Below are positions 27,399 to 33,375 of a stretch of DNA of 33,375 nucleotides, piece by piece. Position numbers and translations under genes: made by a program. Source of the stretch: a virus (taxonomy: Duplodnaviria; Caudoviricetes); the IMG/VR virus record IMGVR_UViG_3300042366_000726, positions 1-33,375 of that record. The stretch is one strand, 5' to 3'. Each line of letters starts with the position of its first letter. The first letter of the stretch is position 1. The notes beneath the pieces are model-generated. The model did not search any database. It had not been told where the DNA came from and saw nothing but the letters and a program-made list of their open reading frames with translations.

Positions 27399-27631
27399 AT
27401 GCTCGTGGAATGGTCGCCGTGGTTTGCGCTGGCGTCGTGGCTGGCGGTTGCGCTCATCAGTGCGAAACTGCGTACCATGCAGCAACGGCGCTTGACGCCG
27501 CATGCGCTGCCGCTGGTCTGGAGACGACGGATCCGGAGCTTCTCATCCACTGCACGGCCAGCGTGCTCGCGACGAAGCGCGCGCTTAAAGGCGGCAAGTG
27601 CTCCGCGCAGGTGGCAGGATTGAAGCCATGA
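27395..27631 (+). CDS. Putative lipoprotein (o-spanin candidate)
   Basis: Signal peptide MNARGMVAVVCAGVVAGG-C with a lipobox-like site; ATGA coupling. Confidence 0.55.
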   Translation: MNARGMVAVVCAGVVAGGCAHQCETAYHAATALDAACAAAGLETTDPELLIHCTASVLATKRALKGGKCSAQVAGLKP

Positions 27632-27909
27632 CCGAGGAAACCCTGCGCCTTGTGGAAGCCTCGCTCCGGCTCGCGGCCGTCGTCTGGCAGTGGCTCACGG
27701 ACGAGGCCCACGAGCAGCCGATCAGCGCCAGCATGACGGCCCTCGTGGTGCTCATCGACACGAAGCCGGGCGTGCGGGCCGAGCTCGTGGACCGCTGCAA
27801 CGCGAACGCCGTGCTGCGCCAACAGCTCCTCGACCTCTGCGACGCCTACCGCGACCACTTCCCTTCGCTCGTGACGCTCGAACAGGAGATCAGCCATGCC
27901 ACTCGGTAA
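27628..27909 (+). CDS. Hypothetical protein in the lysis region
   Basis: ATGA overlap; helical. Confidence 0.65.
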   Translation: MTEETLRLVEASLRLAAVVWQWLTDEAHEQPISASMTALVVLIDTKPGVRAELVDRCNANAVLRQQLLDLCDAYRDHFPSLVTLEQEISHATR

Positions 27910-28048
27910 AGACATCGGGAAGAACATCAAAGAGCTGGAAGCCGACAACAAGAAGAAGGGCAAGGCGAAGGGCGCTGGCGGGAAGAAGCGTTCCCAAAAG
28001 CAGATCATCGCCATTGCCCTCGAGGCAGCGCGGGGCGCGAAGAAGTGA
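27896..28048 (+). CDS. 50-aa Lys-rich protein (DUF6496-like), missed by the ORF track
   Basis: AGGAG SD; MPLGKDIGKNIKELEADNKKKGKAKGAGGKKRSQKQIIAIALEAARGAKK; GTGA coupling to the endolysin. Confidence 0.8.
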   Translation: MPLGKDIGKNIKELEADNKKKGKAKGAGGKKRSQKQIIAIALEAARGAKK

Positions 28049-28950
28049 CCGCGCGCGAGCTCCCGGCTAAGAAGACGCCCGTGGCCATCCCCGAGCTTTA
28101 CCTCGCCGTGCGTTTGCAGCTCGAGCCGCTGGTGAACGCGCGACGAGCCGAGCAGGGCAAGGGCGCGGCCTCGGCCGAGGAGCTGCGCGCCGCGACGGTG
28201 ATCATGCTCGCGCAGATGGCGCTGGAAACCGGGCGCTTCAAGAGCATCAGCAACTACAACCTCGGCGGCATCAAGTGCCCGAAGAGCTGGGCCGAGTGCT
28301 ACCAGCACTTCACGACCCGCGAGCACTTCGCGCCTCCGGTGGCGTCGAAGTACATGGCCGAGGCCCCGGCTGGGACCAAGGTGCAGAAGGTCGGCGAGGA
28401 CGCGGATGGCAAGTGGATCCTTTCGTTCAGCGGCCCGCACCCGATGAACCGCTTCGTCGCCTTCGAGACGCTGGCCGACGCCGTGGCGCACCATTGCGCG
28501 TTCATGGTCGGCAAGCCCGCGCCCGATGGCTTCCGCGAGGCCCGCTACGTCGAGGCCGTCGATGCGGCCCTGGCAAACGACCCGCTGGCGTTCGTCACGA
28601 AGCTCCGCGACAAGGGCTATTTTACCGCCGATCCCAAGGTCTACTCGAAGAACGTGGCCAGCATCGCGCGCGAGTACGCGAAGCTCGTGCCCGACACCGC
28701 GCCTGCGGCGCCTACGCGCCCCGTGGAGGCCCTCGTGAGCCTCGCGGCTACCGTGCCCGCCCCCGAGCCCGAGGCGGCCCGTGTAGAGGCGCCTGCGGCC
28801 CCTGGCGAGCCTGCGCCCGTGACGCCGCCTCCGGTGGCCCCGGTCGACCTGCCGCGCATCGGCGAGCCGCTCGCGCAAGCGCATCGGCCGTGGTGGATTC
28901 GGCTCCTCGTGTGGCTCGGCCGCGTGCTCGTGCGGCGCCCGCTGCCCTAG
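28045..28950 (+). CDS. Endolysin, GH73/FlgJ-type glucosaminidase with Pro-rich linker and cationic hydrophobic tail
   Basis: LAQMALETG, NYNLGGIK, GYFTADPKVY. Confidence 0.85.
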   Translation: MTARELPAKKTPVAIPELYLAVRLQLEPLVNARRAEQGKGAASAEELRAATVIMLAQMALETGRFKSISNYNLGGIKCPKSWAECYQHFTTREHFAPPVASKYMAEAPAGTKVQKVGEDADGKWILSFSGPHPMNRFVAFETLADAVAHHCAFMVGKPAPDGFREARYVEAVDAALANDPLAFVTKLRDKGYFTADPKVYSKNVASIAREYAKLVPDTAPAAPTRPVEALVSLAATVPAPEPEAARVEAPAAPGEPAPVTPPPVAPVDLPRIGEPLAQAHRPWWIRLLVWLGRVLVRRPLP

Positions 28951-28975
28951 GGAAAAACCTTTTACCTTAAAGAAA

Positions 28976-28995
28976 GTGTTAACAGGTGTTGACAC
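28976..28995. promoter_or_regulatory. Palindromic operator O1 overlapping the -35 box
   Basis: GTGTTAACAGGTGTTGACAC; 17/20 identical to 31711-31730. Confidence 0.75.
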
Positions 28996-29017
28996 TGCGG
29001 ACGTGCGTGCGTATAGT
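28989..29017 (+). promoter_or_regulatory. Strong sigma70-type early promoter
   Basis: TTGACA-N17-TATAGT with an AT-rich UP-like tract at 28951-28975. Confidence 0.88.
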
Positions 29018-29065
29018 CTCCGCATACCGGGAAACGCGATTCCCAAAACGCGCAGGAGACGGCAC

Positions 29066-29212
29066 ATGTACAAGCTCGACGAGACCGACGCACAGCACGC
29101 GGAAGACCTTCGCGCTCTCGGCTGGGAAGTGGAAATCCGCTTCGCCGAGGACGCCGCAGAGCTCCCCGACTTCGACGACGCCGAGGCATTCGGCTCGGAG
29201 CACTGGTCATGA
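29066..29212 (+). CDS. 48-aa very acidic first early protein
   Basis: AGGAG SD; 15 D/E versus 3 K/R. Confidence 0.75.
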   Translation: MYKLDETDAQHAEDLRALGWEVEIRFAEDAAELPDFDDAEAFGSEHWS

Positions 29213-29301
29213 TCCGCGACTTCTTCTTTGACTGCGTGCTGGGCGCCGTGGGCGCCGCCGCCGTGTGGGCGCCGATCATCGCGCTCTTCTACTGGCTTTG
29301 A
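29209..29301 (+). CDS. 30-aa single-pass membrane peptide, missed by the ORF track
   Basis: ATGA overlap; MIRDFFFDCVLGAVGAAAVWAPIIALFYWL. Confidence 0.7.
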   Translation: MIRDFFFDCVLGAVGAAAVWAPIIALFYWL

Positions 29302-29303
29302 GC

Positions 29304-29348
29304 CGTTGCCCTCGTGCGTGCGAATTCGCTCGTGCGCACCGGGCAGCG
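29304..29348 (+). other. Long intergenic RNA hairpin
   Basis: CGTTGCCC/GGGCAGCG outer stem and GTGCGTGCGA/TCGTGCGCAC inner stem with G-U pairs. Confidence 0.6.
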
Positions 29349-29371
29349 CCACAAGGCGATTGCAGGAGAGC

Positions 29372-29962
29372 ATGATGGCCACCAAGCAGAACACCGAGGC
29401 GCCCCAGGCGGCGCCGCAGAGCCTCGCGGAAGCACTCGCCGCCGCGCAGCTCGAGATCACCGACCCGGCGAAAGACAGCACGAACCCGCACTTCAAATCG
29501 AAGTATGCGGACCTGGCAACGGTGCTCAAGACCGTGCGCCCCGTGCTCGCGCGCCACGGCATCGCGATCACGCAGACCACCCGCGTCGAGGACGACGGCC
29601 GCGTGCTCTTGGTGACGCGCCTGCACTGGCGCGACGAGGAGATCGTTGGCTACTACCCGGTACAGCCTACCAAGGCCGACCCGCAGGGCTACGGCTCCGC
29701 GATGACCTACGCGCGACGCTACGCGCTCCAGGCCATCGTGGGCGTGGCAGCCGACGACGACGACGACGGCAACGCGGCCAGTGCCGCGCCGTCGAAGCAA
29801 AACGCGGACGAGCTCGCGGCGTTCATCGCCGCCGTGAAGGCGTGCGTGGACCTCGACGCGCTGCGCGCCATGCGCGCCGACGCCTCGCGCCTCGGCGCCG
29901 CGGCCTACGCGGCATGGTCGGCGAAGGGCCAGGCCCTCAAGGCCGCAGCAGAGGCGCCATGA
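29372..29962 (+). CDS. erf: ERF-family single-strand annealing protein
   Basis: NPHFKSKYADL; GSAMTYARRYAL...DDDDGN. Confidence 0.93.
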   Translation: MMATKQNTEAPQAAPQSLAEALAAAQLEITDPAKDSTNPHFKSKYADLATVLKTVRPVLARHGIAITQTTRVEDDGRVLLVTRLHWRDEEIVGYYPVQPTKADPQGYGSAMTYARRYALQAIVGVAADDDDDGNAASAAPSKQNADELAAFIAAVKACVDLDALRAMRADASRLGAAAYAAWSAKGQALKAAAEAP

Positions 29963-30960
29963 ACCGCGTTACCGCTAGCGCCAGTGGGCGCCTCCTCCAG
30001 TGCTCCGGCCACGTCCGCATGCCGTGGCTCCGCGAAACCTCGGCCGCCGCGCAGGAAGGCACCGACCTGCACGCCGTCATGGAGGCCGAGCGCTACCAGG
30101 ACCACCCGCGCAGTCTCGCCGCGTGGGACGCCTGGAAGGCGTGGCAGGCCCAGAGCGGCTACGGCGCAGCCGTCTACCGCAACGAGCTCGCCATGGCGCT
30201 GAACCTCGAGACGCGCACCGCGCGCACCATCGACGGTATCGGCCATCGCGACTACTCGGCGGCGCTGCCGCACGAGGTGCCCGGCACGGCCGACGCCGTG
30301 TGCGAGCTCGTGAAGCGGCACCCGACCGAGGCCGACGCCGTGTGGTGCGTCATTGACTGGAAGTTCGGCCAAGAGCCCGTCGAGGCCGACTCCGCGCAAA
30401 TGCGCACGCTCGCGGCCATGGTTGCTTGCCTGCACGACGCGCCGCGCGTGCTGGCCGTCGTGGTGCAGGCGCCACCGGACGGCACCGCGTGGGTACGCAC
30501 GCACGAGTTCAGCCGCGACGACCTCATGGCGCACGTCGACGCCATGGCCGACGCGCTGAACGAGGTGCGGGAAGGCCGCATGCTTTTGCAGCGCGGACCC
30601 GAATGCAAGTACTGCCCCGCGGCGCACGCTTGCCCGTCGCAGCTCGCGGCCATGTCTGCCATCGTGGCGCCAGGTGGCCCCGGCCCCATCACGCCCGAGC
30701 GCGCCGGCCAGATCTGGGCCGAGGTGAAGCAGGCCAAGAAGCGCCTCGACGCGATCGAGGACGCCTGCAAGGCGATGGCCGGCGCCGATGGGCTTCCGCT
30801 CCCCGGCGGCAAGCGCCTCGTGCTCGTGGAGCGCACCCGCGCGAGCATGGACGCCAAGGCGCTCGAGGCCATCGCGCGAGGCCATGGCGCCAGCGACGGC
30901 GAGATCGACGCGTGCAAGAAGACGACGACCTACACCACGACCCAGGAGATCAAAGCATGA
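29959..30960 (+). CDS. PD-(D/E)XK exonuclease, Cas4/DUF2800-like, probable Fe-S cluster
   Basis: N-terminal Cys, GTDLH, GTAD, VIDWKFG, QM, CKYCPAAHAC. Confidence 0.85.
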   Translation: MNRVTASASGRLLQCSGHVRMPWLRETSAAAQEGTDLHAVMEAERYQDHPRSLAAWDAWKAWQAQSGYGAAVYRNELAMALNLETRTARTIDGIGHRDYSAALPHEVPGTADAVCELVKRHPTEADAVWCVIDWKFGQEPVEADSAQMRTLAAMVACLHDAPRVLAVVVQAPPDGTAWVRTHEFSRDDLMAHVDAMADALNEVREGRMLLQRGPECKYCPAAHACPSQLAAMSAIVAPGGPGPITPERAGQIWAEVKQAKKRLDAIEDACKAMAGADGLPLPGGKRLVLVERTRASMDAKALEAIARGHGASDGEIDACKKTTTYTTTQEIKA

Positions 30961-31325
30961 GCATCGAAGACCGACTCCAAGCCCTTGAAGCCGCCGTGTT
31001 CGGCAAGGGCAGCGCGCAGCGCGTTGGCCGCAAGCCGATGAGCGCCAACATTGACGACCCGCGTTTCGGCGATCCCGAGATCAAGTACATCCCAAAGAAG
31101 TGGGACGGCCCGAGCCCGGCCGGGCAGCGCATGAGCGCGTGCTCGGTGCGGTTCCTTCGCTTTCTCGCCGCGGAGCTCGAGCGCTCGGCTGCGTGGAAGG
31201 AAGGCAACGGCAAGGCGGAACAGGCCGAATGGGACCGCCGCGACGCCGCCAAGGCGACCGCGTGGGCCGACCGCAAGGAGCAGCAGGGCGAGCCGAGCCT
31301 CGACGACGACGGCCTGCCGTTCTGA
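30957..31325 (+). CDS. Small protein with an SSB-like acidic C-terminal tip
   Basis: Ends in LDDDGLPF; follows ERF and the exonuclease. Confidence 0.75.
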   Translation: MSIEDRLQALEAAVFGKGSAQRVGRKPMSANIDDPRFGDPEIKYIPKKWDGPSPAGQRMSACSVRFLRFLAAELERSAAWKEGNGKAEQAEWDRRDAAKATAWADRKEQQGEPSLDDDGLPF

Positions 31326-31343
31326 CGTGCTAGGCTGGCCGCC

Positions 31344-31673
31344 ATGAGCGAACGTCTACGCGATCCCAAAGGCGGACTCACGGCGGCCGGCCGAAAGCAC
31401 TTCAAGCGCACCGAGGGCGCCGACCTGCGCCCCGGTGTCAAAGGCCCGGCAGACACGCCGGAGAAGATGCGGCGCAAGGGGAGCTTTCTCTCCCGCTTCT
31501 ACGGGCGCTCCGACGTGCCACCGCTGACGAAGCCCAACGGCGAGCCGACGCGATACGCATTGGCGGCCCGCGCGTGGGGTGAGAACGCACCGACGAGCAT
31601 GGAGGCGGTGCGAGCCCTGGCCGCGAAAGGCCGCACGCTCTTGAAGCGATACGGCGCAGCAAAGGGCAAGTGA
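31344..31673 (+). CDS. Basic conserved phage protein (DUF6321-like)
   Basis: DPKGGLTAAGRKHF...RRKGSFLSRF...ALAARAW. Confidence 0.8.
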   Translation: MSERLRDPKGGLTAAGRKHFKRTEGADLRPGVKGPADTPEKMRRKGSFLSRFYGRSDVPPLTKPNGEPTRYALAARAWGENAPTSMEAVRALAAKGRTLLKRYGAAKGK

Positions 31674-31677
31674 GATT

Positions 31678-31702
31678 GGGCCTCTTCGGAGGCCCTCTCT
31701 TG
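31678..31702 (+). terminator. Intrinsic terminator with cUUCGg tetraloop
   Basis: GGGCCTC-TTCG-GAGGCCC-TCTCTT. Confidence 0.85.
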
Positions 31703-31710
31703 TGCCCAAT

Positions 31711-31730
31711 GTGTTATCAGGTGATGACAT
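31711..31730. promoter_or_regulatory. Palindromic operator O2 overlapping the SD and start of the first HTH gene
   Basis: GTGTTATCAGGTGATGACAT. Confidence 0.75.
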
Positions 31731-31926
31731 GAACCTAGCAGCGATGATCAAGAAGTCGGGCATGAGCCACGCCGAGCTCGCGCGCCGCGCGGGCCTCTCA
31801 CGCGGTGGCCTGTACCTGTGGCTCCAGCGCGCAGCCGGAGACGGCAAGGCGTCGACCGCGCAGCGCGTGGCCATGGCCCTCGGCGTGACGGTGGAAGAGC
31901 TATTGAAAGCGAAGGGGAAGCGATGA
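31729..31926 (+). CDS. Cro/XRE-family HTH regulator
   Basis: GMSHAELARRAGLSRGGLYLW...VAMALGVTVEELL. Confidence 0.88.
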   Translation: MNLAAMIKKSGMSHAELARRAGLSRGGLYLWLQRAAGDGKASTAQRVAMALGVTVEELLKAKGKR

Positions 31927-32234
31927 AACAACGAGTCAACGACGAACCGCGCAACGTGCGAACGCTGCGCCAAATGCGCCTCGACGCGGGGCAGACGGTG
32001 GCGGGCCTCGCGCGCGCCACGGGCATCAGCCAAAGCATGATCAGCAACGTGGAGAACCAGAGCAAGAACCTCAGCGGCGTGCGTGCGGAGACCATCGAGG
32101 CGCTTTGCAGCACGCTCGGCGCCACGGAGCTCGAGACGCTCGCGGCGCTCTACTCGGTGCGGCGGTGGCCATCGAGGTGGGAGGCCGAGGCCCTCGCGAG
32201 CTTCACGCGCTACCGCCAGGCGGTGGCGACATGA
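31923..32234 (+). CDS. XRE-family HTH regulator
   Basis: LRQMRLDAGQTVAGLARATGISQSMISNVEN...IEALCSTLG. Confidence 0.88.
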   Translation: MKQRVNDEPRNVRTLRQMRLDAGQTVAGLARATGISQSMISNVENQSKNLSGVRAETIEALCSTLGATELETLAALYSVRRWPSRWEAEALASFTRYRQAVAT

Positions 32235-32935
32235 CGGCGAGCCAAGAGAGCATCGCCGACCTCCGCGCCAAGCTGGAGCAGTGCGAGAAGACGAAGAACG
32301 GCTACGCAAAGCAGCTCGACGCGCTTTCTACCGCCATCACCGACGTTCTCGTGAAGCGCATCGAGCCGCGTTTGAGCCGGCATCCCGTGACCGTCGTACA
32401 GCACGCTGGGTCCGTCATTGAGAGCATCGGCCGCGCCATGGGCTCCGAGTATGACGACGGCGACGACCTCATCGAGTGCGTGCGCCTGCTCGTGCGCGAG
32501 TGCGCTGCGCTGCGCGCCCGCTGCGAGACGCTCGCCAACAATCACGAGCACCGCGTCGAGGAGATGGCCGCGCTGCGCGAGCAGCTCGCCGCGAAGCACT
32601 CGGAGTGCCCCGACTGCGCCGACTACGCCGCACGCAGCGGGCGCTTCGCGGAGCAGGCCGACCGGCTCCAACGCGAGCGCGACGAGGCACTTGCGCGATG
32701 TGAGACGCTCCGAGAGTTGGCGGACGCCGCCGCGTCTGAACAGGGACTCGCGCAGCGGCGCATGATCAACGCGCAACGCGAGCGCAACGAGGCGCGGGCA
32801 TCCGTTGCCGACGCCTACCGTCGAGGCGCGGAGGCCATGCGCGAGGCGTGCGCGAATGCGGTGGAGCGCAGTTTGTTGCCACACGATCACACCGCGCAAA
32901 GCCTACGCGCCCTGCCGATCCCGGAGGAGCCATGA
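32231..32935 (+). CDS. Coiled-coil hypothetical protein
   Basis: ATGA coupling; CPDC; AYRRGAEAMREACA. Confidence 0.8.
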   Translation: MTASQESIADLRAKLEQCEKTKNGYAKQLDALSTAITDVLVKRIEPRLSRHPVTVVQHAGSVIESIGRAMGSEYDDGDDLIECVRLLVRECAALRARCETLANNHEHRVEEMAALREQLAAKHSECPDCADYAARSGRFAEQADRLQRERDEALARCETLRELADAAASEQGLAQRRMINAQRERNEARASVADAYRRGAEAMREACANAVERSLLPHDHTAQSLRALPIPEEP

Positions 32936-33159
32936 GCCCGGAACTGACCGAGGCGTACGCAACGATCGAGCGGCTCCGTAGGCTTGCGGACGAGTTCGGA
33001 CGCGAAGCGCGACAAGCAAGAGCCGATGCGCGCACGGCGTTCACGCGCGGAGCGGAAGAGATGCGCCTCGCCTGCCAACAGTGGTGCAGGGCGTGGGAGA
33101 ACAACGGAGAGGCCATCGCCGATGCGCTGGCGGACCTGCGGGTGGAGGACAAGCCATGA
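32932..33159 (+). CDS. Hypothetical protein
   Basis: GGAGG SD, ATGA; AFTRGAEEMRLAC. Confidence 0.75.
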   Translation: MSPELTEAYATIERLRRLADEFGREARQARADARTAFTRGAEEMRLACQQWCRAWENNGEAIADALADLRVEDKP

Positions 33160-33356
33160 GAAACGTGACCATCCTCGACTTTGGACACATCCCCGGTGAG
33201 CTGAACGAGATTCTTCGCGACTTCGATTCGAAGCCGCGTCGAGTTGGACGGAATCACCTGGTTATTTACGGCATTTCGCGCACCACTACCGTAGCGGTGT
33301 GGCTTGCCAACCCTCGCGGAGATATTCGCGTGAGCATCACCACGAGGGCAGAGTGA
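33156..33356 (+). CDS. Hypothetical protein
   Basis: GGAGG SD, ATGA overlap. Confidence 0.7.
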   Translation: MRNVTILDFGHIPGELNEILRDFDSKPRRVGRNHLVIYGISRTTTVAVWLANPRGDIRVSITTRAE

Positions 33357-33375
33357 TGGGCTACTTCGACCGCAT
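33356..33375 (+). CDS. 5' end of the gene that continues at position 1
   Basis: TGATG coupling; ATG GGC TAC TTC GAC CGC AT|G ATG ATC. Confidence 0.7.

Larger units (their letters stand above)
1..33375 (+). mobile_element. Apparently complete tailed (podovirus-like) bacteriophage genome
   Basis: Terminase, portal, capsid, tail, lysis, replication and recombination modules are present with no host housekeeping genes; the two ends join in frame. Confidence 0.92.

Noticed and set aside
27457-29580. 707-aa minus-strand ORF
   Set aside because: It crosses several well-supported + genes and the promoter and has no recognisable domain; most likely a stop-poor shadow frame
29959-30960. Cas4-like gene as evidence of a CRISPR system
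   Set aside because: There is no repeat-spacer array or other cas gene; the ERF-adjacent context indicates a recombination exonuclease
31729-32234. Tandem HTH genes as a toxin-antitoxin pair or classical cI/cro switch
   Set aside because: There is no toxin domain, the genes are co-oriented, and neither has a peptidase S24 domain
1-33375. Stop-codon reassignment
   Set aside because: TGA, TAA and TAG all end genes at sensible boundaries, and known proteins are full length in code 11

Overview
The window looks like a complete, GC-rich tailed-phage genome of 33,375 bp, circular or circularly permuted. Its last 20 nt join position 1 in frame to restore one gene (MGYFDRM|MIGDND...). Essentially all credible genes are on the + strand and are tightly coupled by ATGA, GTGA or TGATG overlaps. 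Starting from a near-consensus sigma70 promoter at about 28,990, the order is: tiny early genes; ERF annealase, a Cas4-like PD-(D/E)XK nuclease and a protein with an SSB-like acidic tip; a UUCG terminator; two XRE/Cro HTH genes; many small hypotheticals; a replication initiator with an internal 10-bp repeat array, a DnaB-like helicase and RusA; a structured intergenic region; a PLD-like gene, TerS, a GNAT, an overprinted ORF and TerL; portal, scaffold and major capsid; adaptor, nozzle and four ejection-type proteins (podovirus layout); a short fibre; and a lysis cassette with a GH73 endolysin. I saw no integrase, DNA polymerase, primase, partition system, CRISPR array or full tRNA. The most notable signals are a shared palindromic operator at the early promoter and the HTH start, a gene overprinted across the GNAT/TerL junction, and PLD and GNAT enzymes inside the packaging module. 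All functional calls come from reading motifs and synteny by eye; no database search was run.
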